From: Chloroflexia bacterium
GTDB lineage: Bacteria; Chloroflexota; Chloroflexia; Thermomicrobiales; CADCWN01
Reading direction: 5' to 3'
NCBI GenBank assembly: GCA_039810045.1
Contig: JBDHWF010000001.1
Coordinates: 846-64,845 of the forward strand
Length of the DNA stretch: 64,000 nucleotides
Shown: positions 37,722 through 47,164 of the stretch, in pieces
How positions within the stretch are numbered: the first letter of the stretch is position 1
Layout of the letters: every line of letters begins with the position of its first letter
The notes under the pieces: model-generated
The model's input: only the letters and a program-made list of their open reading frames with translations
Database searches by the model: none
What the model was told of the DNA's origin: nothing
Program-made: the position numbers and the translations under genes

Positions 37722-39089
37722 TTAGAGGAGCCTGAAGATCTCCCACCATTGCCAGGAGCCATAGATATAGGTGGCACAACTGATCAGCAGGAGCAGAAGC
37801 AGCAACCAGAGCGGCCAGCGCCGAATCCCCAGCGCAGTCAACAGCACCAGCGGCACCATCATATCGAGCAGATAGCGCGGCCCAAAGGTGATATATCCTG
37901 TACCAAACAAGAGGCCAATCGGGATGTAAATCAGCAGACAACTCGCCACCAACGCCCAGGTCAGTCCATTGCGCCGCCAGATCCACCAGCCCGCAAAGGC
38001 CCCTAGCAGTACTGGTGTCATCCAGAACAGGCCCCCACCTTTCCAACGGTCATCACTGAAGACGGTATAACCCCAAAACTGGTAATGAAAATTAATCGGC
38101 AGAAAATGCACATTGAAGAAACCGTACCGCTCGTAATCTTCAACAAACTCCAACGCCATATTGTGCCATTGCAATCCCGTTTCCAGCGGCTTACCAAAGC
38201 GAGCGACGTTGTACCACCCCGTTAGCACCGCCAGCACCAGCAGTGGCACCAGGCCCATTGCCACCGCCCGCAACCGCCACACGAGGGGCCGCGCCCAATC
38301 ACGGCGCAAGAGATAGTAAGCCAGCCAAAGCCCATTGAAGACCAGGGCATTGCGCGTGCCGCCCGCACAGGCCAACGCGAATCCAGTCAGAAAGTAGCCC
38401 CAAGAGCCACGTATACCAATGGCGGCAATCGCTGCCAGCAAGACACACGCCAGACCCAGTAATTGCGCGGTAAACCAGACAGTGCCAAATGGCGCAAGGA
38501 TCAACTGCACCGAACCAAAGGCCATCGTCAGCACCAGGATTGCGCGACGCGATGCGCTGAGTGGGGCAACTCCATGGCGATCCGCCAGGGCCAGGAGCCA
38601 GGCAAATAACCCAGCCGTCGCGGCACCAATCACTGCGGTATAGAGCACATCACTGAGTCCAACCCCAAAGATGGCGACCAGCGGCATCAGCACGATTGCG
38701 GGGAAAGGGGGCCAGTAGAGATACAGCCGCCCTTCATAGATCACCAGATCCCGCACCTGTTCCAGGTTATCGCGTAAGGCGAGCTGGCCGTGAAGAAAGG
38801 CGTCGGCTAGGTAATTAAAGAACGCATATTCGGTGCGGTTCCACCCATACGCATTGAACCGGGCCCGCAAGAGGTAGATGATTAAGGCAGTAGCAAAGGC
38901 AATCAGGGGTTGCGCGAATAGCTCCAGGAAGCGCTTTGCAAGTCCGCTGTCAGAGGCTTCGGGTATTGGTTGTGTGGCACTCGCTTCAGGCATCAATACC
39001 TTATCTACCCAGGTCTGAGCATTATGCTGCCGCACAGTGTAGAGAGGATCAGCAGGAATTGCCAGACCAAACGCGCAGTATAAGCGCAA
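37722..39089 (-). CDS. polytopic membrane protein, GT-C-like putative glycosyltransferase
   Basis: More than 10 TM segments. N-terminal loop EYAFFNYLADAFLHGQLAL...IYEGRLYLYWPPFPAI. It is the last gene of the GtrA-GT2-GT39 operon. The start may be ATG 38993. Confidence 0.5.
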   Translation of the reverse strand: MRLYCAFGLAIPADPLYTVRQHNAQTWVDKVLMPEASATQPIPEASDSGLAKRFLELFAQPLIAFATALIIYLLRARFNAYGWNRTEYAFFNYLADAFLHGQLALRDNLEQVRDLVIYEGRLYLYWPPFPAIVLMPLVAIFGVGLSDVLYTAVIGAATAGLFAWLLALADRHGVAPLSASRRAILVLTMAFGSVQLILAPFGTVWFTAQLLGLACVLLAAIAAIGIRGSWGYFLTGFALACAGGTRNALVFNGLWLAYYLLRRDWARPLVWRLRAVAMGLVPLLVLAVLTGWYNVARFGKPLETGLQWHNMALEFVEDYERYGFFNVHFLPINFHYQFWGYTVFSDDRWKGGGLFWMTPVLLGAFAGWWIWRRNGLTWALVASCLLIYIPIGLLFGTGYITFGPRYLLDMMVPLVLLTALGIRRWPLWLLLLLLLISCATYIYGSWQWWEIFRLL

Positions 39090-39162
39090 TTCTCCACAGT
39101 ATCCGCAATGATGAAGGGTCGCTGTGGGGTGACAACCGTAGCGGGGCTACGGCAGCCAGCAA

Positions 39163-41322
39163 CTACCGCGTCGTCACCGCCGCACAATCATAAAGTTGCT
39201 GGCTGCTCTGTCCACTGCTCGTCGTCCCCAGCCAGGTTGTCGCTGGAACCACAGCGCAGCTACTACGAACCCATGCCGCGAGATCGGCAGTCGCATCAAC
39301 AATGCTGACACCACCATTCGGGCCAGCCATTGTCCCAGAGCCAGTACGATTCGTCGTCCCACTGGCATTGAGGTAGAAGAAGCGCACTGTGTTCTGTTGC
39401 ACCAGTTGTTGCAAATCCGCTACTGTCAGGACAGGATCCCACCCTTGATAACCGCCCAAGGCCATCGCTGGCTGATCGGTAGCGAGCATAAAGACGCTGG
39501 CGTAGGTTGAACTTGGGGTGGCGACAAGGAAGGTTGCCTGCCCCTGCTGCGCGAGCAGATATTGCACTAGGCCTGCGTCGAGCGTATCCCAGTTAGCGCC
39601 CGCTATCGTCAGGGCCTGACCACCGCTGCCACCGCCTGCCCGATTCCCATTTGCCGGAGCAGCGGGAGCGCCCTGCATACCGCGTACAGGCTGCTGTCCG
39701 CTTTGTCGCCCATTGGTCGTAGCTGGGGGCTGCCCAAATGGGGCATTGCTGACAGCACGACCACCACTATTCGCTGGCCCTGCCTGTGGCAACCACGCCC
39801 CACCATTGCCCGCCTGCACTGAAGTGACAGACCAGACCAGTGGCGTCACCAACAGCGCCGCCATGGCGACCGTTGCCAGCACTGGTGCAATCACACGACC
39901 CAGCCGCATCCAGAGCCGTACCGCCACGATACCGCTTGCGGCAAGACCGCAGACCACCAGGATCGGCACTACCAGCCGCGCACTCCACGTTGCGTTCGTT
40001 GTCAGCAATTTCGTCTGCACCAAGGCCGTGCCAAACAACACAGCAGGCAGGAGGAGCGCCGCGATTCCACCGCGCTGCCACGCACGCCAGAGAGCAGCAA
40101 CGGCGATCCCCGCCAGCGCAGCGATCCCTGGGCCAAGAATAGTCAGATAGTAGAGATGGTAGAACCGCGCCACACTGAAGAACCCCCCAGTGCCAACCAG
40201 CCAACCAGCCCAAAACACCAGCGACAAGCCCTGCGCACTGAGCGGCCAGCGTCGCCATGCGGCGCCTGCTCCCGCAACCACCCCAACCACCGCTAGCGGT
40301 AAAAGCCAACTCGCCTGGTCTGCCAGACCGCTATTAAACAGCCGCAGCAAACCAGGATCACCGATCCCCGGGGCAAACGCTGGTGCGAGATCGAGGTCAA
40401 GATTCCCTGGAAGAAACGTCAGCGCCGAGCGCACACTGGCGGGTAAGGCCAGCGTGAGCCGACTGAGGCCGTTATAGCCCAACACCAGACTGAGGGCTGA
40501 GTTTGTGCCACTCGACCCCACATATGGTCGCAGCGTCGCCGGAGTCAGGTCAACCACGATCACCCACGCCAACGACACAGCGAGCGTCATGGCACCAAAG
40601 AGCAACAGTCGCCCCAGACGCAACGGCCAACGCCCCTTTGCCCCCAGCAGATAAACCAGGGCCAGGGCAGGCAATATCAGATAGGCTTCCAACATCTTGA
40701 TATTGAAACCGAGGCCGACACAAGCCCCACTCAGCAGCAGCCAACCCAGTCGTTCAGTAGCGATAGCGCGACTCATCGCCCAGGCAGCACAGAGCAGCAC
40801 GAAGACCAGTACTGTATCAGAGGTATTGTTGCGACTCGTGACCACGCTGATCGGGGTCACCGCCAGCACTGCCGCTGCAATCAGCCCTGCCGCTGCTCCC
40901 CAATACTGGCGCACGAGCCAGTAGAGCAGGGCAACCGAGGCCACGCCAGCCAGGGCTTGCGGCAACAAGATACTCAGGGCGCTAAAGCCAAAGATCCTGG
41001 CACTAATTGCCTGTATCCACAGCCCTAGCGGGGGCTTATCGACCGAGATGAAGCCTCCGCTATCGAAGGCAACAAAGAAGAAGTTGTGCCAGCTCGTCAG
41101 CATACTTTTGACCGCAGCAGCATAATAGGTATTGGCATAGCCCTCGCTGGTCAGCCCAACGATATTCAATGCTGCCGATAGCCCCAGGATCAGTGCCAGC
41201 AATGGTCGTTGCCAGTATTGCCGGGTCAGCAGTGACAGCCCTGCGCGGCTGCGCCACTGCGTGGCAACCTGCCAACCATCTGCGGTCGGGCGATTCAGGC
41301 GCAGTTGCTCATCACCAATCAT
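39163..41322 (-). CDS. GT39/ArnT-PMT-like glycosyltransferase (GT-C), 719 aa
   Basis: YANTYYAAAVKSMLTSWHNFFFVAFDSGGFISVDKPPLGLWIQAISARIFG is the typical first-loop region. It has many TM segments, a Gly/Pro/Ala-rich linker and a C-terminal soluble domain. Confidence 0.8.
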   Translation of the reverse strand: MIGDEQLRLNRPTADGWQVATQWRSRAGLSLLTRQYWQRPLLALILGLSAALNIVGLTSEGYANTYYAAAVKSMLTSWHNFFFVAFDSGGFISVDKPPLGLWIQAISARIFGFSALSILLPQALAGVASVALLYWLVRQYWGAAAGLIAAAVLAVTPISVVTSRNNTSDTVLVFVLLCAAWAMSRAIATERLGWLLLSGACVGLGFNIKMLEAYLILPALALVYLLGAKGRWPLRLGRLLLFGAMTLAVSLAWVIVVDLTPATLRPYVGSSGTNSALSLVLGYNGLSRLTLALPASVRSALTFLPGNLDLDLAPAFAPGIGDPGLLRLFNSGLADQASWLLPLAVVGVVAGAGAAWRRWPLSAQGLSLVFWAGWLVGTGGFFSVARFYHLYYLTILGPGIAALAGIAVAALWRAWQRGGIAALLLPAVLFGTALVQTKLLTTNATWSARLVVPILVVCGLAASGIVAVRLWMRLGRVIAPVLATVAMAALLVTPLVWSVTSVQAGNGGAWLPQAGPANSGGRAVSNAPFGQPPATTNGRQSGQQPVRGMQGAPAAPANGNRAGGGSGGQALTIAGANWDTLDAGLVQYLLAQQGQATFLVATPSSTYASVFMLATDQPAMALGGYQGWDPVLTVADLQQLVQQNTVRFFYLNASGTTNRTGSGTMAGPNGGVSIVDATADLAAWVRSSCAVVPATTWLGTTSSGQSSQQLYDCAAVTTR

Positions 41323-42173
41323 CGCTGCGACCCTTCAAACGATGCGCCCAACGTCGACGACTGCGGATATTCGGCAGCAGGGTTGCTCTTACGGAGGCGT
41401 CGCCAGAGCTGCAACATCTCACCCAACGACCGCAACACCACCCGCAGGCTACCGCCAGATTGCTCCCCAGCAACTCGCGGGCGATGGGTCACACCGACCT
41501 CGACTACGGTTGCCCCACGCCGATGTGCCAATGCCAGGATCTCCGTATTCAGCAACGCCCCAGGCGCTTGCAGCGGCATCTCCCGCAAGAGGTTGGCGCG
41601 GAAAAGCTTGAACCCGCAATCAATATCTTTGACCCAAACGCCAAAGAGTACCTTGACCACCGTATTGAACGTCGCCCCCAGCAGGACGCGTGGTAATGGA
41701 TCCTGCCGTCGCGTGCGATAGCCTGCCACAATATCGTAGCGGTCAGTAAAAGCAGCGAGTTTCCCCACTTCACGAATATCAAATTGGCGATCAGCATCCA
41801 TAAAGATGATCCGATCGCCACGCGCTGCGGCAAAACCTGAGCGCAATGCTGCACCATAGCCCTGGTTGAGGGGGTGATGAATTACCCGGACGCGAGAATC
41901 TTCCTCAGCCAGACGGTCGGCGAGCCGGGGAGTAGCATCAGTCGAACCATCGTCAACAATGATCACCTCGCACGCCTGAAAGAGCGTCGGAAGTATCGCC
42001 AACGCATCCCAGGTCACTGCCTGAATATTCCCTTCTTCATTATGTGCGGGCAAAACCAGGGAGAGAACGTATGGGTAGCGCGGCGACTGCCCAGCGCCCT
42101 GCTCGCGTTGCAGCATCGCTTTCACTGCGGTGATCTGCTGGTCTGCCTGCGTTGTCGCTTGTTGATCCATCAT
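41319..42173 (-). CDS. GT2 polyprenyl-phosphate glycosyltransferase (GtrB/Ppm1/ArnC-like)
   Basis: LSLVLPAHNEEGNI, IIVDDGSTD and FMDADRQ (DxD) motifs. There is a 4-nt overlap with the downstream GT39 start. Confidence 0.85.
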   Translation of the reverse strand: MMDQQATTQADQQITAVKAMLQREQGAGQSPRYPYVLSLVLPAHNEEGNIQAVTWDALAILPTLFQACEVIIVDDGSTDATPRLADRLAEEDSRVRVIHHPLNQGYGAALRSGFAAARGDRIIFMDADRQFDIREVGKLAAFTDRYDIVAGYRTRRQDPLPRVLLGATFNTVVKVLFGVWVKDIDCGFKLFRANLLREMPLQAPGALLNTEILALAHRRGATVVEVGVTHRPRVAGEQSGGSLRVVLRSLGEMLQLWRRLRKSNPAAEYPQSSTLGASFEGSQR

Positions 42174-42268
42174 GGTGCTCCTTTATCGAAATAATGCGCT
42201 ACATGAATCGCTTCTTGGCGAGACGGTATTCTGGGCTTACCTCTACCGTATGCCGTGTGCCTGAAGTC

Positions 42269-42742
42269 TCAGGCAGGATGTGATGAAGGATTAGTGAATG
42301 ATTCAGCGTGTTGAGCCAGCAACCTAGGCCGAAAGAGCAACCAGCCACTGACCAGATAGGTCAAGAGCATTCCAGCCAAAATACCGACCACCGCTGCTAG
42401 CAGATATGGCAACATCCGCAACGCCAGCGCAAAAGCTAGCTGGTTGATCACCAGAGAGCCAAGCGCGGTAACGTTGTAGCCCAGTAATCGCCGCGCAACG
42501 GTCGCCCGATGGTCAGTAGGCTGCGTCCGATCACGCCAGGTAATCAGGCTACTCAGGACAAAATTGACCTGCGTTGAGAGCAAAAAGGCCAGAGTATTTG
42601 CCAGATACACCTCCACCCGCCCCTGCACAAAAAGACTGAGCAGGGCCAATTGCACCAGGGCGCAACTCCCGCCAACCGCCGCAAAGCGCAGTGGACGCGG
42701 TACACGATCCAGCAGGGCATCAACTGATACCGTCATCATCAA
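42269..42742 (-). CDS. GtrA-family small membrane protein
   Basis: 157 aa with 4 TM segments, and RFAAVGGSCALVQLALL...NFVLSSLITWR as the family pattern. Confidence 0.8.
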   Translation of the reverse strand: MMMTVSVDALLDRVPRPLRFAAVGGSCALVQLALLSLFVQGRVEVYLANTLAFLLSTQVNFVLSSLITWRDRTQPTDHRATVARRLLGYNVTALGSLVINQLAFALALRMLPYLLAAVVGILAGMLLTYLVSGWLLFRPRLLAQHAESFTNPSSHPA

Positions 42743-43008
42743 ATCCTTTCCAGAATAGCCAGGGACTGGGTCGTGGCGGCTGGCGTCGCCACCTACCCAA
42801 TAGCTCTACTCTTTTGAGAGTAGTCTTGCTAATTGAACGTTTGGTCGGGATACGATGAACGATTGATGAAGAAGTCAACAGGATGATGATGAACGGGCAG
42901 ATTTTCTTGAAAGTTGCATCTTGCCGCGATTATCAGTCATCATGTAATACGAAAAACTAACGAGTTGATCGTAATCGTCGATCACAATGAAAGGGGAGAG
43001 AGGCCAGC

Positions 43009-43533
43009 ATGACTCAGAAACCAACCACAGACACAGCCGCCCAGGCCGATGTGATCGACCATTTAGCGGGAATCACCCCCGGCTCGAAGCTCGCCCAACT
43101 CCGCGCCGAACGCCCGGTTTTGGTCAAGGCGACACAGGGGAGCCATGATGCGCTCTTTGAGCCAGAAGATCTCGGCGGGGTAAGCCACCGCGAACGCGAT
43201 GGTCTGGCGCTGCGAGTCGCCGTCCTCACCCCCAGCCCTGAGCTTGTTTCCTGGCACCGCGAACGGTTGGCAGCCCAAGGGGAATCAGTCGCGACGATTG
43301 ACGCCTTCGCCCAGGGGCCAACTGGGGCAGGACTCACCGCACGCGAGGTCGCCTTGCTGCGCCACGCCGATATTCTCGCCAATACCCCTGGCGAGGCCAC
43401 GCCGGAGCAGATCGCTGCGTTGAAAGCGGCTGGCTTCAACCCCCGCGATATTGTCACGATCTCGCAACTGATCGCCTTTATCAGCTTCGAAGCGCGGATG
43501 CTGGTTGGCCTACGCCTGATCGGGGAGAAATGA
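43009..43533 (+). CDS. CMD (carboxymuconolactone decarboxylase/AhpD-fold) domain protein, Avi_7170-like, no CxxC
   Basis: DVIDHLAGITPGSKLAQLRAERP...SHRERDGLALRVAVL...REVALLRHADILANTP...QLIAFISFEARMLVGL. The family name is recalled from TIGRFAM naming and needs HMM confirmation. Confidence 0.65.
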   Translation: MTQKPTTDTAAQADVIDHLAGITPGSKLAQLRAERPVLVKATQGSHDALFEPEDLGGVSHRERDGLALRVAVLTPSPELVSWHRERLAAQGESVATIDAFAQGPTGAGLTAREVALLRHADILANTPGEATPEQIAALKAAGFNPRDIVTISQLIAFISFEARMLVGLRLIGEK

Positions 43534-44120
43534 TGAGCAACGAGAAACTCGCCTTCACCCGCGATTTCGTGACCTGGAGTCCCTGGGTCGAAACGGTTGA
43601 TGATGTTGGGCCAACTGAGGAGCAGGCCGCCCTGGTGCAGAAAGTCTCGCCCAACCCAAAGAATCGCGCCTACTACGCCACCCTGGCCCACGATATTCCC
43701 GCCCTGCGCGAGCGCACGCTGCTGTTCAACGAGATTATGGCCGGACGCGGCGGCGCTCCACGCGCCTATCGTGAGCTTGCCGCCGTCGCCACCTCGCGGG
43801 TCAACGGTTGCGTTTTCTGCGCCTCAGTCCATGCGCGAGCACACGCCCAGTTCACCAAAGATCCCGCCCTCGTTGATCGTCTGCTCAATGAAGGTGTCGA
43901 CGCTGATCAGCCGGCGATTGAACGTGCGATCATTGATTACAGTGTCAAGCTGACCCGTGATCCTGCTGGCCTGACCGCAGCAGACCTGCAACCGCTACGT
44001 GATGCTGGCCTGACTGATGCCGAGATTTTTGACATCAACAACGCTGCCGCCGTCTTTGCCTGGGCGAATCGCCTGATGCAAACGATTGGCGAGAGTGTGC
44101 CGCCAGCAGCCGAGTCGTAA
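43530..44120 (+). CDS. peroxidase-related AhpD-like enzyme (CxxC..H), paralog 1
   Basis: RELAAVATSRVNGCVFCASVHARAH motif. There is a 4-nt ATGA overlap with the upstream gene. Confidence 0.75.
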   Translation: MMSNEKLAFTRDFVTWSPWVETVDDVGPTEEQAALVQKVSPNPKNRAYYATLAHDIPALRERTLLFNEIMAGRGGAPRAYRELAAVATSRVNGCVFCASVHARAHAQFTKDPALVDRLLNEGVDADQPAIERAIIDYSVKLTRDPAGLTAADLQPLRDAGLTDAEIFDINNAAAVFAWANRLMQTIGESVPPAAES

Positions 44121-44138
44121 CGATTACTGCACCTCATT

Positions 44139-44726
44139 GTGCGGGAGGAACGAATGGCCCTGACCAAAGCGAAGCAATTCACTCTTGAAGTGGTTACATG
44201 GAAACCGTGGCTCGAAACCGCTGAACAGGTTGGCCCAACCCCAGAACAAGCGGCCCTGCTCGCTAAGGTGACGACGAACCGCGAGTACTTCGCTACTTTG
44301 GCCCATGATCCCGCTGTCCTGCGGGAACGCACAGCACTCTTTAATGCCGTGATGTACGCGCATGGTGGGGCCAGTCGCGCTGACCGCGAGTTAGCTTCCG
44401 TCGCCACCTCGCGCACCAACGGCTGTGTCTATTGCGCCTCGGGACATTCACGGCTCCATGCCCAGTTGACGAAAGATGATACGCTGATCAAACGCCTGCT
44501 TGATCAAGGGGTGACCGCAGACCAACCGCAACGCGAACGGGCGATCATCGACTATGCCGCCAAGCTCGCCCGCGACCCTGCCGCCATGACCGCCGCCGAT
44601 CTCGCACCATTGCGGGCCGCTGGCCTGAGCGATACCGAGATTCTTGACGTGAATAACGCTGCCGCGCTCTTTGCCTGGGCAAACCGCCTGATGCAGAGCC
44701 TTGGAGAAGGGTACGTCGAAGCATAG
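44139..44726 (+). CDS. peroxidase-related AhpD-like enzyme (CxxC..H), paralog 2
   Basis: RELASVATSRTNGCVYCASGHSRLH motif. It is collinear with paralog 1 over its full length. The SD is GGGAGGAA. Confidence 0.75.
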   Translation: MREERMALTKAKQFTLEVVTWKPWLETAEQVGPTPEQAALLAKVTTNREYFATLAHDPAVLRERTALFNAVMYAHGGASRADRELASVATSRTNGCVYCASGHSRLHAQLTKDDTLIKRLLDQGVTADQPQRERAIIDYAAKLARDPAAMTAADLAPLRAAGLSDTEILDVNNAAALFAWANRLMQSLGEGYVEA

Positions 44727-44774
44727 CGATTCGCGCAAACACGCTGTCAGCCCGCCAACCACTGGATAGGATGA

Positions 44775-45335
44775 GTGAGAAGGAGGAACACCCTGGATAC
44801 TGCAGCAACTGGCAACGACCAGGAAGCCCTGGCCCCGATCTCCGCTGACCTCTTTCGCGAAGTTTTTCGCCGCTGGACAAGTGGCGCTGCCGTCCTCACT
44901 TCGCGCGACGCCACGCACGCGCACGGGATGGTCGTTGGTTCGTTCTGCTCGCTCGCCAGTGATCCGCCTCTGGTCATGGTCAGCGCGGGGACAAACAGCC
45001 GCTCGCACGATCTGATTATGGAGAGTGGTGTTTTTGCGATCAGTATTCTCAGCGAACACCAGCGCACAATCTTTGAACGCTTCGCGGGCATCGACCGCAC
45101 CTTCGACCATGACCGCTTTGCCGATCTCACAGTACTCAATGCCCCAGTCACTGGCCTGCCGGTCTTCCCAGAAGCCCTGGCCTGGGTCGATTGTCGCGTC
45201 GTCAATCGCTATCCTGGCCCTGGCTACACGATCTTCGTGGGCGAGGTCTTTGCCGCCGACCTGGGCACCGCAGGTGACGGCTTCCCAATGCTCTATTTCC
45301 GCAGACAGATGGGCACCTTTACCCAACACCAGTAG
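44775..45335 (+). CDS. flavin reductase (FMN-binding split-barrel) family protein
   Basis: FREVFRRWTSGAAVLTSRD...HGMVVGSFCSLASDPPLVMVS is the family pattern. There is no in-frame ATG near the 5' end. The start is GTG 44775 or CTG 44793 (the latter 6 nt after AAGGAGGA). Confidence 0.8.
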   Translation: MRRRNTLDTAATGNDQEALAPISADLFREVFRRWTSGAAVLTSRDATHAHGMVVGSFCSLASDPPLVMVSAGTNSRSHDLIMESGVFAISILSEHQRTIFERFAGIDRTFDHDRFADLTVLNAPVTGLPVFPEALAWVDCRVVNRYPGPGYTIFVGEVFAADLGTAGDGFPMLYFRRQMGTFTQHQ

Positions 45336-45471
45336 CCACCGCTCACCTGCTCAGCCACGGGAACAGGGAGACTACCCTGACAAGATCACGCTGGCGCAGT
45401 ACACTGAGGCATGACTGATGAATCCCCGCAACGGGGCGGGCGATATGGTCCAAAGAAGGAGTGCGCTGTTC

Positions 45472-46629
45472 ATGCACTACCCACGCACAGAGCGTCAGGC
45501 CGAGTTTATGGCCCTGGGCGACCGTCTGGCTGCGCAGATTGCCGAACGGGCCGCTGAACACGACCGCCAAGGAACATTTCCATACGAGGCATTCACGGCC
45601 TTGCATGAGTCGGGATTCCTGGCCTTACCAATTCCTGAAGAATACGGTGGGCGCGGCGCAAATCCCCTTGAAGTTGCGCTGGCCCAAGAACGCCTCGCAC
45701 GTGGCGATGGTTCAGTTGCCCTTTCTACCATGATGCACTTATCCCTGACTGGTCGACTGGCTGAAACACGCCCCTGGCCGGAAGAACTATTCGCCCGCTT
45801 CTGCCGCGATGTTGTGGAGACAGGCGCAACGATCAACTCCGCAGCCAGTGAACCAGATCTTGGTAGTCCAAGCCGTGGGGGATTACCATCGACCACTGCG
45901 GTGAAAGTGCCTGAAGGCTGGAAGATCAATGGCCGCAAAACGTGGACCAGTCTGGCACCGATATTACGGTATGCCGTTGTCAGCGTAGCCATCCAGCAGG
46001 AAGGAAGCGATCCCCGCCGCGCCAATCTGCTGGTCCCCATGAACACCCCAGGGGTGCGCGTCGAAGAAACCTGGGACAATCTGGGCATGCGCGCGACAGG
46101 CAGCCACGATGTTGTTTTTGAGGATGTGCTCGTTGGTGATGACGCCCTGCTACCTGGTGACGACAAAGCCACTAAAGGCGATCCGCGTTCGTGGAGTACC
46201 CTCACCTCGGCGGTCTACCTGGGCATTGGGGAGGCGGCCCGAGATTTTGCCGTACAGTACGCCCGCGAACGGAAGCCAACGGGGCTGCCGGGGCCAATTG
46301 CCGAACTGCAAACGATCCAGCATCGCGTTGCTGAGATCGAGTTGCTCCTCTTCCAGGCCCGCTCGGTCTTCTTTGGCACCCTCGACGACTGGCAGGCATA
46401 TCCAGAGCGACGCAATGAAATGGCCTGGCAACTGGCCGCAGGCAAATATCTGGCAACCAACAATGCTATCCGTGTCACCGATCTCGCGTTGCGTGTCACC
46501 GGATCGATCGGACTCCAACGCTCCCGCCCGCTCGAACGATATTTCCGCGATGTTCGCGCAGGCCTTGGCCAACCGCCAGCCGATGATATCGCCCTGACGA
46601 TCATCGGGAAGGCGGCGCTGGGGTTATAG
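45472..46629 (+). CDS. acyl-CoA dehydrogenase-fold flavoprotein (possibly the oxygenase component of a two-component system)
   Basis: ACAD N/M/C domain pattern (AAEHDRQGTFPYEAF..., WKINGRKTWTS, RYFRDVRAG). ATG 45472 lies 9 nt after AAGGAG. Confidence 0.8.
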   Translation: MHYPRTERQAEFMALGDRLAAQIAERAAEHDRQGTFPYEAFTALHESGFLALPIPEEYGGRGANPLEVALAQERLARGDGSVALSTMMHLSLTGRLAETRPWPEELFARFCRDVVETGATINSAASEPDLGSPSRGGLPSTTAVKVPEGWKINGRKTWTSLAPILRYAVVSVAIQQEGSDPRRANLLVPMNTPGVRVEETWDNLGMRATGSHDVVFEDVLVGDDALLPGDDKATKGDPRSWSTLTSAVYLGIGEAARDFAVQYARERKPTGLPGPIAELQTIQHRVAEIELLLFQARSVFFGTLDDWQAYPERRNEMAWQLAAGKYLATNNAIRVTDLALRVTGSIGLQRSRPLERYFRDVRAGLGQPPADDIALTIIGKAALGL

Positions 46630-46642
46630 CCGCCACGAAAGC

Positions 46643-46680
46643 AAGCGAAGGCGCTGACATTCGCCAGCGCCTTCGCTTTT
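46643..46680. terminator. bidirectional terminator hairpin between convergent genes
   Basis: Perfect 14-bp stem AAGCGAAGGCGCTG-ACATTCGC-CAGCGCCTTCGCTT followed by TTTT on the plus strand. Confidence 0.65.
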
Positions 46681-46685
46681 CAGGA

Positions 46686-47117
46686 TTACTCCTCGGCATC
46701 CACCTGCTGCTGGTAACCCAGCGACCGCAATGCCTCGCGAATCGTCTCAGCCGCCCCATCAAGGGCAACTGGATCAGGGTGCTGTTCAGCACGGGCAAAA
46801 TCAAGGTCGGTTGGTTGATCAATCGGCACCAGGTGCAGATGCGTATGGGGCACTTCCAACCCGGCAATCATCAGGGCCACCTTCGTTGGGTGATAGGCCT
46901 GTTGTAGCGCCTTACCGATCGTCTGGGCCACCAACATCAAATGCGTCGCCAGTGCTGGCTCCAGGTCGAGCCAATGATCCACTTCCTGCCGCGGTACCAC
47001 CAACGTGTGCCCTGGCTTCAGCGGATTGATTGTCAGGAAGGCTACACATTGCTCATCCCGCCAGACAAACCGCCCAGGAAACTCGCCGCTGATAATTCGC
47101 GAGAAGGCTGTTGGCAT
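46686..47117 (-). CDS. HIT (histidine triad) family protein
   Basis: HTHLHLVP triad and the N-terminal FSRIISGEFPGRFVWRDEQCVAFL. Confidence 0.85.
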   Translation of the reverse strand: MPTAFSRIISGEFPGRFVWRDEQCVAFLTINPLKPGHTLVVPRQEVDHWLDLEPALATHLMLVAQTIGKALQQAYHPTKVALMIAGLEVPHTHLHLVPIDQPTDLDFARAEQHPDPVALDGAAETIREALRSLGYQQQVDAEE

Positions 47118-47164
47118 CAGTTCCTCCAGTTGCGCTCCTTATCTCGTCTGTCTCTACTCCCTGG

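Noticed and set aside
42835-42846. GAACGTTTGGTC, a near-match to the LexA-type box, in the gtrA/CMD divergent region.
   Set aside because: The right arm is GGTC rather than GTTC, and no promoter is positioned over it. I treat it as a chance half-site.
43014-46205. Long minus-strand ORFs (43014-43691, 43937-44419, 44448-45329, 45495-46205).
   Set aside because: All are antisense to the CMD/AhpD, flavin reductase and ACAD genes, which carry clear family motifs, SD sequences and translational coupling. The antisense frames have none of these.
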